This document shows positions 25,193 to 37,814 of a stretch of 57,353 bases of DNA, piece after piece. The translations under genes were made by a program, and so were the position numbers. Position 1 is the stretch's first letter; each line of letters begins with the position of its first letter. Origin of the DNA: Malacoraja senta (lineage: Eukaryota); NCBI GenBank assembly GCA_038087875.1, contig JAXLNO010000061.1:248001-305353 (forward strand), written 5' to 3'. Below the pieces are notes generated by a model, which saw only the letters and a program-made list of their open reading frames with translations, had not been told where the DNA came from and searched no databases.

Positions 25193-26442
25193 AGAGCAGC
25201 TGACATCTAGAGCAGCGGATGCAGTAGATGAGGTTGGAGGAGGTGCAGGTGAACCTCTGCCTCACCTGGAAAGACTGCTTGGGTCCTTGGATGGAGTCAA
25301 TGGGGAAGAGTTGGGTGAAGCGGTCGCCAAGCCTATGCATGAATGAAAGAAAAAGTATATTGGCCAAGTATTCACATACAATTTACCTTGATGCTCCGTC
25401 CACAAGTGACAACATGACATACAGTGACAGTTAAGAATAATACTTAAAACATTAAACATTAATAATAAAACATTATTGATGTAAGGGGGAGGTGCAGCGA
25501 GACCTGGGTGTCCTTGTACACCGGTCACTGAAAGTTGGCATGCAGGTACAGCAGGCAGTGAAGAAAGCTAATGTTGGCCTTCATAACAAGAGGATTTCAG
25601 TATAGGAGTAAATAGGTTCTTCTGCAGTTGTATAGGGCTCTGGTAAGACCACATCTGGAGTATTGTGTACAGTTTTGGTCTCCTAATTTGAGGAAGAACA
25701 TCCTTGTGATTGAGGCAGTGCAGCGTAGGTTCACGAGGTTGATCCCTGGGATGGCGGGACTGTCATATGAGGAAAGATTGAAAAGACTAGGCTTGTATTC
25801 ACTGGAGTTTAGAAGGATGAGGGGGAATCTTATAGAAACATATAAAATTATAAAAGGACTGGACAAGCTAAATGCAGGAAAAATGTTCCCAATGTTGGGT
25901 GAGTCCTGAACCAGGGGCCACAGTCTTAGAAAAAAGGGGAGGTCATTTAAGACTGAGGTGAGAAAAAACTTTTTCACCCAGAGAGTTGTGAATTTGTGGA
26001 ATTCCCTGCCACAGAGGGCAGTGGAGGCCAAATCACTGGATGGATTTAAGAGAGTTAGATCGAGCTTTAGGGGCTAGTGGAATCAAGGGATATGGGGAGA
26101 AGGCAGGCACGGGTTATTGATAGGGGACAATGAGCCATGATCACAATGAATGGTGGTGCTGGCTCGAAGGGCAGAATGGCCTTCTGCACCTATTTTCTAT
26201 GTTTCAAACATGTGAATTAAATAAAATACCAGAGCAAAAGGAGGCTACAGATTTTTGGTTATTGAGCTTCTACTCGTGGCAAAGAAATGTTTTTATGTAC
26301 AAGATAAAAGATACATTTATTTGTCACATGTACCAATTGGTAGAGTGAAATGTGTGGTCGCCATTCAGCCATACGAATAATAAAGAACACAGAACACGAT
26401 AGACTTTAACACAGACATCCCCACACAGCAAGATCAATGTTT
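25193..26442 (+). repeat. Direct repeat copy 2 (1250 bp) right of L1
   Basis: Near-identical to 18317-19559. Confidence 0.95.
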
Positions 26443-26970
26443 CCCACTGTGAGGGAAGGCTCCAAAATTCAGTCATCTTCCTCTGTTTTCCTCCCATAGT
26501 CGGGGGGGCTCCCGAACTCCCCGCTGTCGCCACTACGAGCGGCCCGATGTTCAGGCTCGCTCGCCGGGGTGATGCAAGTCCGACGTCGGGACTGGAGGAC
26601 ATCCTCAGCAGCTTGGACATCCGAATCGGCCACCTCATACCAGAGTCCGCGGCTCCCGAAGTCCACAAGCCGTGCTGGGCGGTGATTCAATGCTGGCGGC
26701 CCTCAGCAAAGGGTCCCCGGTCTCCGCGATGTTGAAGACAGCGCTGGCCGCGCTGGAAGCTCTTCAAACCACAGCTCCGATGTCCAAGGTGCAGGCCCAA
26801 CACTCTGGAGCTTCAACAGCGATCCAGGTAAGGCATCGCCCTGCTTTGTGGTGAATCCAGTGCTGCTCCGCCGCTACTGAAGCTCTGGTCCGGTCCCCTG
26901 CAGGAAAGGCCGCTCCAATCCAGGTGGTATGCTGTGAGGAGGGGGGGCGAGGGCACGACTCGGAGACTCG
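26305..26970 (-). mobile_element. GC-rich non-autonomous retroposon (family copy 3)
   Basis: TTTATTTGTCAC 3' end; TTCCCACTGTGAGGGAAGGC and AAGGCATCGCCC motifs. Confidence 0.55.
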
Positions 26971-26974
26971 GAAA

Positions 26975-28755
26975 TGACTGGCTGTGGCAGCTTTGATAGT
27001 CCGGAGTCGCCTTCCAGAGGGAAGTGATTCAAAGAGTTTGTGGCCAGGGTGAGAGGGATCAGAGATCTTACCCGCTCGCTTCCTGGCCCTTGCAGTGTAC
27101 AGTTCGTCAATGGAGGGAAGGTTGCAGCCAATAACCTTCTCAGCTGATCGGACGATTCGCTGCAGCCTCCGGATGTCGTGCTTGGTGGCTGAGCCAAACC
27201 AGACCATGATGGAGAAGGTGAGGACAGACTCTACGATGGCTGTGTAGAATTGGACCATCATTGCCTGTGGCAGATTGTGCTTCCTCAGCTGCCGCAGGAA
27301 GTACATCCTCTGTTGTGCCTTTTTGACTGTGGAGTGGATGGTAGCCCCCCACTTAAGGTCCTTGGAGATGATGGTTCCCAGGAACTTAAAAGACTCCACA
27401 GATGTGACTGTGGTGTTGTTGATGGTGAGTGGGGTGAGGGTAGGGGGAGCTCTCCTAAATTCTACAATCAATTCCACTGTCTTAAGAGCATTGAGCTCCA
27501 GGTTGTTGCGACGGCATCAGGACACCAGCTGTGACACTTCCTGTCTGTAGGCAGATTCCTCCCCATCCTGGATCAGTCCAATCAGGGTTGTGTCATCCGC
27601 AAACTTGAGAAGCTTGACAGAGGTGTCTGTGGATGTGCAGTCGTTGGTCTAGAGAGAGTAGAGGAGAGGAGAGAGTACGCAGCCTTGGGGTGCTCCTATG
27701 CTGAGCGTTTGCAGGTGCAAGATGTGCTTTCTCAGCCTCACATGCTGCTTCCTGTCTGTCAGGAAGCTGGTGATCCACCGACAGAGGGGTTCAGGCACAA
27801 ACAAATCAACAAACAAAATCCTCGCATATCCTGGCGGTCTAGGTGCTGTAGGATGAAGTGCAGGCCCAGGTTGACTGCATCATCCACAGATATATTGGCC
27901 CGATATGCAAACTGCAGAGGGTCCAGCAGGGGGTTTGTGATATTTTTCAGCTTGGCCAGCACAAGTCTTTCAAGGGTCTTCATGACCACAGAGGTCAGTG
28001 CAACAGGCCTGTAGTCATTAAGACCAGTAATCCTTGCCTTTTTGGGTACAGGAACAATAGTGGAAACTGAAGCAGGCAGTGACAGAACATGTTTGCAGGG
28101 ACAGGTTAAAAATATCTGTGTAGACATTTGTTCAGCACAGAGCTTGAGAGTAGAGGCGGATACATTGTCCGGTCCTGGAGATTTCCGGCTTTTCTGTCTC
28201 CTGACAGCCTCTCCACCTCTTTTATTTTTATTGTTGATGATGGAGAAGTGATGTTGTGCAGTACGGCGGGTGTGGGTAATTGGGTGTGAAGTGTTGATTG
28301 GAGGGGGGTGGGTGTAGAAGGGTCGAGCCTTTGCAGACTGGGGTCTGGCTGTGTTTGTTGGGGAGGGGGGAGGGGAGGGGGTACCAGCTTGTCAAACCTG
28401 CTTGTCAAACCTGCAGTAAAACTAATTCAGGTCGTTGGTCAGCTGACGATTGTCCAGAGAGCGGAGGGCTTTCCTCTTGTAGCTGGCGATTTCTTGCAAG
28501 CCCTTCCAAACTGAAGAAGAGTCACTAGCTGAGAACTTGCTCCGCAACTTCTCAGAGTACCTTTCCTTGGCAGCTCTCATTCCTTTTCTCAGCTTGTACT
28601 TGGCCTGCCTGTAGAGGTCTGCATCCCCGCTCCTGTAGGCCTCCTCTTTAGACTGTCGGAGTTGTCTGAGTTCTGCAATGAACCAGGTCTTGTTGTTGTT
28701 GAACCAGGTCCGGGTCCTAGTTGGAATGCAACTGTCCTCACAAAAGCTTACATAC
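26975..28755 (-). mobile_element. Rex1/Babar-like LINE, RT region
   Basis: LNDYRPVALTSVVMK, LDPLQFAYR, KFADD, FKFLGTIISKDLKW, IVESVLTFSIMVWFG. Confidence 0.85.
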
Positions 28756-28759
28756 AGTG

Positions 28760-31700
28760 TCTTTATACTCATCGATTCTCACCGATGTAGAGCAGCTGAC
28801 ACCTAGAGCAGCAGACGCAATAGATGAGGTTGGAGAGGTGCAGGTGAACCTCTGTTGCACCTGGAAAGACAACTTGGGACCTTCGATGGAGTCAAGGGGG
28901 GGAGGTAAAGCGACAAGTGTAGCATTTCATGCCATTGCAAGGGAACGTGCCAGGATAGGAGGTGGTTTGGGTGGGAAGGGACAAATTGACCAGGGAGTTA
29001 TGGAGTGAGCGGTCTCTGCGGAAAGCCAAAAAGGGAGGAGATGGGAAGATGTGGCCAGTGGTGGCGAAAATGTCAGAGGATTATTTGTTGTATGTGATGG
29101 CTGGTAAGGTGGAAGGTGAGGACAAGGGGGGACTCTGCCCTTGTTACGAGTGGGGGGATGGGGAGTGAGAGCAGAATTACGGGGTATAGAAGAGACCCTG
29201 GTGAGAGCCTCATCTATAGTAGAAGAGGGGAACTCCCATTCCTTGAAGAATGAGGACATCTCCGATGCCCTGGTTTGGAACACCTCATCCTGGGAGCAGA
29301 TGCGGTGTAGATGGAGGAATTGGGAGTAGGGGATGGAGTCCTTACAGGAAGCAGGGGAGGAAGAAGTGTAGTCTAGATAGCCATGGGAGTCAGTGGGTTT
29401 ATAGTGGATGTCGGTCAGTAGTCTATCATCTGCAATGGAGATAGTGAGGTCAAGAAATGGTAGGGAAGTGTCGGAAATGGTCCAGATGTATTTGAGTGCC
29501 GGATGGAAGTTAATGGTGAAGCAGATGAAGTCAGTGAGTTGTGTGTGGGTGCAGGAGGTAGCACCAATGCAATCGTCAATGTCGCAGAGGTAGAGGTCGG
29601 GATAGGGCCCTGGTACGTTTCAAACAAGGATTGTTCGACATACCCTACAAAGAGGCAGGCATAGCTGGGGCCCATGCGCGTGCCCATAGCTACGCCTTGT
29701 ATTTGGAGGAAATGGGAGGAGTCAAACGAAAAGTTATGAAGGGTAAGGACCGGCTCCGCTAGGCGGAGGAGAGTATCAGTATCATTGGTTGGTTCTGCGG
29801 CCGAGGAAGAAACGGAGGGCTTTGAGACCCTCCTGGTGGGGGATGGAGGTGTAGAGTGACTGGACATCCATGGTGAAGATGAGGGAATGGGGGCCTAGAA
29901 AACAGAAGTCCTGGAGTCGACGAAGAGCATGTGAGGTGTCCTGAACATAGGTAGGGAGGGATTTAACCGGGGGGATAGGATGGAGTTGAGGTATGTGGAA
30001 ATAAGTTTGGTAGGGTACGAACATGCAGAAACAATGGGTCTGCCAGGACAATCAGGTTTGTGGATTTTGGGGAGAAGGTAAAATCGGGCCGTGCGGGGCT
30101 GGAGAATGATGAGGTTGGAGGCTTGGGGGGGCAGGGAGCCGGAGCAGGGAGCCGGAGGGGCGCTGTCCTTGTGCATGGCTGCCCAGCCAGCAGCTGTCTG
30201 TCTCTTCATCTATATATTTTTTAGTTTAGTTAGTTAAGTGTTTTGTTTGGAGGTCTAGACTTTTTTATGTGGGGGGTGTGGGGGGGGAGGGGTAAACTAC
30301 CTTTCAGGGTCCCTACCTGGTCAGAGAGGCAGCTTTTCTGTGGGCTGCAACTTCGACCCGTCCTCGCGGCTTACCAGCGGGCCTGGAGCGGCGTTTCCTG
30401 TCGGGGACCGCCCAGAACCTCGGCTTCGGTGGCGGCACAGCGCTGGAGCGCTATCGCGGAGCGGGCGATGCCTTGCCCGGGTCACCGCGCTGGAGCTCCG
30501 GTGAGCTGAGGATCGCTGGGGAAAACATCGTGGAGCTGCGGGACTGTGGAGCGACCAGCTGCGAGCGGCAGCGCTGAACTTTACATCTGGAGCCTGGGAT
30601 CTCTAGATGAGATCGTCAGTTGTGGAGCTCCAACCGGCGCGGCCTTGTTGGCTTTGGAAGCCGCGGCCTCCAGTGCGGAAGCGGCCGTTCCAGGGTTCCC
30701 AGGCCGCTGGGAGGACTCTCCCGACGTCGGAGCAACATCACCCGCCGAGAATGGGCTGGAACATCGGGCATCCGTAGAGGCAACTGTGGAGGCTTCAATG
30801 GGCCCGACTATGGGTGAACTGGGGTTGGGGACTGGACTTTGTGCCTTCCCTCATGGTGGGAGCCATTGTGGGGGGATGTTTTTTGTGTTTAAGACTCTTA
30901 TTGGTGTTATGTCTGTATTCTCTTTTTTTGTGTGCTGCAAAATGGCAAGAAACATTTCACTTCACTACACCTGGGTGTATGTGAATGTGACAAATAAAAA
31001 TACCTTTGACCTTTGATGAGGTCATTGATGGTGCTAGAGATAGTGGCCTGGTGCTCGTCTGTGGGGTCGTGGTCCAAGGATAAGTAGGAGGAGCTGTCCG
31101 AGAGTTGGCGTGTGGTCTCAGCTTTGTAGAGATCAACGCGCCAGACTACCACGGCACCTCCCTTGTCAGCAGATTTGATAACCCAGTCTGGGTTGTGGCG
31201 GAGTTAGTCGATGGCAGTGCGTTCAGGGGGGAGAGATTGGAGTGAGACAGGGGAGTGGAGAAGTTGAGGCGGTTGATGTCCCGCCGGCAGTTTAAAATAA
31301 AAAGGTCTAATGCAGGTAGATGGCCATGAGGGGGAGTCCAAGTGTAGGGGTTCCGTTGGAGGCGGGAGAAGGGGTCATCACTGGGGGGCGAGGACTCCTT
31401 CTCATGGATGAACACTTTGAGGCAGAGGTGACGGAACAGAGCTCCACATCGTGGCGAACGCAGAACTCATTGAGGTGGGGGATGGAGGAGGACAAAGGTG
31501 AGGCCTCTGCTGAGGACAGACCGTTCGGTATCAGGGAGGGGGAGGTCAGGGGGGATGGTGAACACACGGCAAGGATGGGGGTTGGGGCCGGAGGAAGGCA
31601 GGTGAGTGGACGGAGGCTGAGGCGATGTCTGGTTGGGGGGTGGTGGGTGGTCAGGGTGGAGGGGGTATGAGGACTATAGTGTGGGTGGGGAAGAGCTGGG

Positions 31701-32950
31701 GTCATGTGGTTTGAGGGGGAAGGGGAAGACCCAGTGGTACAACCACTGAGGTTCCCTGTGTAAGGGAGACGAGCACTAGGACCCAGCACAGTCAGAACCT
31801 GAGATGTCAGAGTCTGCAGCGTGGAGACTTCAGGCCCAGTGCTGAGCCTGGGACTCAGGTAAGGCTGCGGCCTGCTGGAGAGCGGTGGAGTGGCGAGGGT
31901 CAGTGAAGTCGATGGTGGACGCCCGCGGGAAGTGGAGTCCGGGTCAGCGGATGGCCAGTGAGGCGGCAAGGTTCGAAGGTCACGTTATGGTGGCGATAGT
32001 CGGGGAAATCGGGGAGGTAGCGAGGATCGGCATAATTGGTGAGGGGGGGGCGATAGTCAGAGTTACCGTTTGAGGCAGCGAGTTACGGCGTCATCGGTGG
32101 GCAGGTGAAGGTCGGCGGCAGCATCGACGTGGAGGTCGGCGAAGGCGGCGTCTTCGGTGGTCCGGGCCTGAGGTCGGTCAGGGAGGCGTTGAGTGCTGGT
32201 GCTGCTCCTCGTGGCCAAGATGGCGTCGCGGGGCTCGGGCAGGCGGCGCGGGCCAGTGTTGGGGCCCGGGGCCTGCAGGCGGTCGAGTCGCGGAGTGTCG
32301 GTGGCAGGCGCGGTCTGGAGGCGGGTGAGTTTATGGTCCTTGGTGGAGTCCAGGTGGGCCGGGAATCGTTTGTTGAAGATGTGGATCTGTCGTTGGATGA
32401 AGTAGAGTTGGGGTCCGTTGCAGGTCTGGGTGAGTGAGGCCCGAAGTTTCGGGAGAATCAAAGCGAGGTCCTGCTGGTGCCGGCTCATCGCAGCCAGAGT
32501 AGATCGCAGAGCAAGGACGGAGAACTGCCGTGTAAGGCAGCAGATAGCCAGTCGGTATCAATAGTCCGGGTTGGGTCCGAACTGGGAGGTAGGTAACGAG
32601 CTGGAAACCATGTGGTACAAGATGGAGGCACAGGCAAGTCTCGAGAAAGCAAACATGGCTGTGGTACCAGGTCTGGGTTAGGATGTGGTTGTTGAGTTGG
32701 AGGGAAGGGGGAATCACAGAGGGGGGGGCAGTTAGAGAGGAGGTTGTTAAACTGTCTTCGGAGAGAGGAGGAGAATTTCTTCAAAGTAGGCATGTCTTGA
32801 GGAGATTTCACAGTGGAGTAGACAAAATGTTTAAGAAGGAACTGCAGATGCTTGAAAATCGAAGGTAGACAAAAATGCTGGAGTTCAGCGGGTGCGGCAG
32901 CATCTATGGAGCGAAGGAAATAGGCAACGTTTCTGGCCAAAACCCTTCTT
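28760..32950 (-). mobile_element. Penelope-like element, near full length, degraded, interrupted at 30145-31015
   Basis: N-terminal CLCLHLVPHGFQL; RT motifs FYLLPKIHK, GRPIVS, MDVQSLYTSIPH, GVAMGTRMGPSYA; GIY-YIG remnant near 28775-28930; pseudo-LTR at 32760-32950. Confidence 0.88.
30145..31015 (+). mobile_element. GC-rich non-autonomous retroposon (family copy 4) inserted in Penelope
   Basis: Reverse-complement similarity to 9584-10497; ends GTGACAAATAAA...CCTTTGACCTTTGA. Confidence 0.65.
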
Positions 32951-33755
32951 AAGTAAGCCATTTAGAACGGAGACAAGGAAACACTTTTGCTCACAGTGAT
33001 TGAGTGGAATTCTCTGCCTCAGAAGGCGGTGGAGGCAGGTTCTCTGGATGCTTTCAAGAGAGAGCTAGATAGGGTTCCTAAAAATAGCAGAGTCAGGGGA
33101 TATGGGGAGAAGGCAGGAACGGGGTACTGATTGGGGATGATCAGCCATGATCACATTGAATGGCGGTGCTGGCTCGAAGGGCCAAATGGCATACTCCTGC
33201 ACCTATTGTCTATTCAGACTGATGTGGGGGTGGGGGGTACGGGAAGAAGAAAGGAAGAGGCGGAGACAGTAAGCTGAGGGAGAGCTGGGGAGGGGAAAGA
33301 AGGACAATAGAACGTGCCAGAGAACCTGCCTCCACCGCTTTCTGAGGCAGAGAATTCCACAGACTCACCACTGTGAGGAAAAGTGTTTCCTCGTCTCCAT
33401 TCTAAATGGCTTACTCCTTATTCTTGAACTGTGGCCCCTGGTTCTGGACTCCCCCAACATCGGGAACATGTTTCCTGCCTCTAGCGTGTCCAAACCCTTA
33501 ACAATCTTATATGTTTCAATGAGATGCCCTCTCATCCTTCTAAACTCCAGTCTACAAGCCCAGCTGCTCCATTCTCTCAGCATATGACAGTCCCACCATC
33601 CCAGGAATTAACCTTGTAAACCTACGCTGCACTCCCTCAATAGCAAGAATATCCTTCCTCAAATTAGGGGACCAAAACTGCACACATTACAGGTGTGGTC
33701 TAACTAGGACTCTGTACAACTGCAGAAGGACCTCTTTGCTCCTATTTTCGATTCC
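32950..33755. mobile_element. Two CR1 3' fragments in opposite orientations
   Basis: + copy at 32950-33213 with TATTGTC tail; - copy at 33315-33755 ([15 protein letters not shown]). Confidence 0.8.
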
Positions 33756-36250
33756 CGTGGATTTTGAAGAAACAGCAGCAAAGAGCAGCAGGACAAGGCA
33801 GTGATTGGCTCTAGCCCGAGTGGGAGGAGAGTTAGAAATGAGTCAGAGGGGGGAAACAGTTTAAAACTGTGGAATTTGGTTTGTAAATTGGTAAATTAGG
33901 CAATTTATCAGTCACTATAAGCAAGACGGCTCTGAGGGAGCGGCCTTGTGAGGGAAATGTGAGTCTTTGGCTCGAGAGTCTTTGGTGAGGAGGCGAGGAG
34001 AGGAGGCTACGCATAAAGCTCGAGAGGACGGAACGTGGGGAACACATGTTGGGGCAGATGAGACAGTGTGAGGCTTGAAGAATGTGGGAGCCCAGGGACA
34101 CGGGTGGAGCCTCTGGCTGCTATAACTGTGGCAAGTGCGTCCAGCTTCAGCTCCTAAAGGACCGTGTTGGGGCACTGGAGAAGCAGCTGGATGACCTCAG
34201 GGCCATCCGGGAAAACGAGAGTTTCCTGGACAGGACCTACAGTGAGGTAGTCATGCCGAGGATACGTGAACAACCAAGGTATGTGACGGAGAGAAAGGGT
34301 GGAAATCGTGGAGTGCAGAAGACCCAGGTGGCTGTGCCTAATGAAAACAGGTACGCCCTCTTGGGAACTGTCTGGGGAGACGATGTTTCCAGTCCGAGCG
34401 GCGGACACGTTGGTGGCTCCAATCCTAGAGATGGGACACGACCGGCGAGATCGACGTCGGGCAGAGCCCTAGTGGTGGGTGACTCCATTGTCCGAGGAGT
34501 GGACAGGAGATTCTGTGGCAGCAGACGAGATGCGAGGATGGTCTGTTGCCTCCCTGGTGCCAGGGTTCAAGATGTCACAAACCGAATTCAGAACATCCTC
34601 GAGAGAGAGAATGTGAACAGCCGGTAGTAGTTGTGCACGTAGGTACAAATGACATCGGGAAGAAGAGGAAGGAGGTTCTCCAACATGAGTTCAGAGAGTT
34701 GGGAAGAAGACTGAAATGCCGGACTTCTAGGGTGGTTATCTCTGGATTGCATCCAGTACCTCGTGCTAGTGAGGACAGGAACAGGGAGATAGGGGATCTG
34801 AATGAGTGGCTGAGGGGATGGAGCAGGGAGCACGGATTTAGATTTATAGACCACTGTGATTTCTTCTGGGGTAGGGGTGACCTGTACAAAAGGGACGGGT
34901 TACACCTTAACTGGAGGGGGACCGACATTCTGGCAGGCAGGTTTGCTAGGGCTACAAGAAGTGACTGCAGGAAAAATTACAAAAGATTCTCGAATTAATG
35001 GGAAGGAAAGCTCGAGAATGTCAGGGCCAATTGCGAGGGGGGAAAGTGAACACGGAGGTCAAAGTACTGTATATGAATGCGCAAAGTATAAGGAATAAAA
35101 TGGATTAGCCTGAGGCTCAGTTAGAAACTGGCAAGTATGATGTTGTCGGAATTAAATATTCAAGGGTATACCTCCTATTGAAAAGACAGACAGGTGGGCA
35201 GAGGGTGTGGGGTTGCCCTGTTGGTGAGGAATGAAATTCAGTCCCTTGCACGGGGTGACATTGAAACAGGAGATGTGGAGTCAGTATGGATAGAACTAAG
35301 GAATTGTAAGGGTAAAAATACCCTAATGGGACTGATCTACAGGCCCCCAAACAGTAGCCTGGACATAGGGCGCAAGTTGAATCGGGAGTTAAAATTGGCA
35401 TGTAGCAAAAGTAATGCTGTAGTTGTTATGGGAGATTTCAACATGCAGGTAGACTGGGAAAATCAGGTTGGTACTGGACCCCAAGAAATGACTTTGTAGA
35501 GTGCCTTTGTGATGGATTCATAGAACAGCTTGTATTGGAGCCTACCAGGGAGAAGGCAATTCTGGATTTAGTGTCATGTAATGAACCGGATTTGATAAAG
35601 GACCTCGAGGTTAATGAGCCATTAGGAAGCAGTGACCATAACATGGTCAGGTTTAATCTACAATTGGAGAGGGAGAAGGGTAGATCGGAGCTGTCAGTGT
35701 TGCAGTTGAATAAAGGGGACTATGGGGCCATGAGGGAGGAGCTGGCCAAAGTTGACTGGAAAGATACACTAGCAGGGATGACAGTGGAACAAAAATGGCA
35801 GGTATTTCTACAAATAATACAGAAGGTGTTGGATGTAACTAGGAAAATGGACAAGGGAGAGCCAGTGGATGTAGTGTACCTGGACTTTCAGAAAGCATTT
35901 GATAAGGTCCCACATAGGAGATTAGTGTGCAAAATTAGGGCACTATTTTGGTATTGGGAGTAGAGTGCTGACATGGATAGAGAAGTGGTTGGCAGACAGG
36001 AAACAACGAGTCGGGATTAACGGGTCCCTTTCACAATGGCAGGCAGTGACTATTGGGGTACCGCAAGGCTCGGTGCTGGGACCGCAGCTATTTACAATAT
36101 ACATCAATGATTTAGATGAAGGGATTCAAAGTAACATTAGCAAATTTGCATATGACACAAAGCTGGGTGGCAGTGTGAACTGTGAGGAGGATGCTATGAG
36201 AATGCAACGTGGACAGGTTGGGGAAGTGGGCAGATGAAGTTTAATGCGGT
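33755..36250 (+). mobile_element. CR1 5' part: esterase ORF1, endonuclease and partial RT
   Basis: GCYNCGKC, VVGDSIVRG, HVGTND, RDGLHLN; MGDFN, GSSDH; YLDFQKAFDKVPH. Confidence 0.88.
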
Positions 36251-36253
36251 TAA

Positions 36254-37800
36254 ATAGTAAGATTAAATGAGAACTTACCAGTTTGAAGTTTGATCTTTAT
36301 TTTATGAGGAGTTACGTTGGTGATTACGTGAAGAAGACCCGTCAGGGCGCCTGCGCGTCAATCTTCAAAGCAGCAGTGTGAAATCACAAACAACAAGAAC
36401 GAAGTAATATAGTAACCTTATAAAACGAATCAATTAAGAACTTCCATCTGACCTGTATGAAAGAGGGTTGGGCCGTGGTGGGCACGTAATCACCAACGTA
36501 ACTCCTCATAAAATAAAGATCAAACTTTAAACTGGTAAGTTCTCGTTTAATCTTACTATGTTACTTCGGAGTTACGTGAATGACTACGTGAAGATTTTAA
36601 AGCTTTGTGATTTCATGCCGCAGATACAAATCCCGGCTTCTCATTGCATTGATTGACTCGGAACGAGAAATAATCAATAATGCATTAATAATGACATTTG
36701 CATGACAAATGCAGTAATTCATTTATTTGAATAAAATAATTAACAGTATCCCCTTTAACCCAGGGAAATTTAAGCAGAACTTAATATAGCATCTGCAAAC
36801 AGCCCCGTATTGGCAATAGGCTGATGGTAAAAGTGTTGAAACACCAACTTATTAGATCACCCGGCGGCTGCGTGAATATGGTCGACGGGACGTCCTTCAC
36901 CCTGGCCGCCAATGTTGCTGCTAAATCGAATGGGATGTAAAAACATCACTGTTCACACCTGCAGCAACCAAGACTTGTTTTAACCATCTTGAAATAGTCT
37001 GAACTGATACTACCTTGTATGGTTTTTTGTGAATGATAAACAATCTTGTTTTCATATTTCATAAGACCTTTGTAGCCTCAATGTATTGCAACAAATATGT
37101 TTTAACACATAGACATGGATCCATGGAATATGCTAATAAAACACTCTTGAATCCTGTCACACCTGATCCTACTTCATTTGAGTAGGTCATAAATTGTAAA
37201 ACATAACATAATCCTGAGGTACTCCCATCCTGTGTATCTGTAACTTTTGTAATGTCTGCACTCTCTGTGCTTGTTACAAGTGCCATAAGCATGACTACCT
37301 TCATACTGAACTTGGCCAAATCAGAATAGTACCAAGAGTCCATTGATGAAGTAGCTTAAAACAACTCTATATTCTAGATTCCCATCCTAGGTTTAGAAGG
37401 TCTGGAATTAAAATTCCTTTCATTAATCTGGAAATGAAAGAACGAGGCTCAACAGGATGTCTTTCCGACCTCATCAATAAAAAACAAGGATAATGTACTT
37501 CTGGCTGAATAAATCGCACTATAACTCAACCCCTCAAATAGAGTGTTGAGAAAACACAAGACATTTGAGATATGTGCCGTACAACCTTCCATATTCTTTT
37601 ATACAGACATTTTTTTCCCTTTCTTTACATAATGGGAAAGCAGCATTTACAGAGTCACAACCTCAGATTCTCAAATGTACTGCTTTTGAGTACTCTTCCG
37701 CCAGACTGCTGTAAGCATGTCCACAGCATGCCCAGACAATCCTCTTTTTAAAACCTGCAAATTAACAGATCCATACAGGCATATAACGGATGTTACTCTC
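36254..37800 (-). mobile_element. DIRS1-like element 3' part: degraded tyrosine recombinase, ICR and right terminal repeat
   Basis: Recombinase-like remnants (DPCLCVKTYLLQYI, KPYKVVSVQTISRWLKQVL, SHS.., HIHAAAG, FQHFYHQPI); 77-bp inverted repeat 36254-36330 / 36483-36559. Confidence 0.85.
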
Positions 37801-37814
37801 CAATTATCGGATAC

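Noticed and set aside
18317..26442. LTR retrotransposon interpretation of the 1.25-kb direct repeats
   Set aside because: No TG..CA ends, PBS or PPT; the repeats are mosaics of other TEs and the interior is a poly(A)-tailed L1
1..37800. One giant DIRS element spanning both DIRS pieces
   Set aside because: Both are on the minus strand but in the wrong order (5' half left of the 3' half), so they are separate copies
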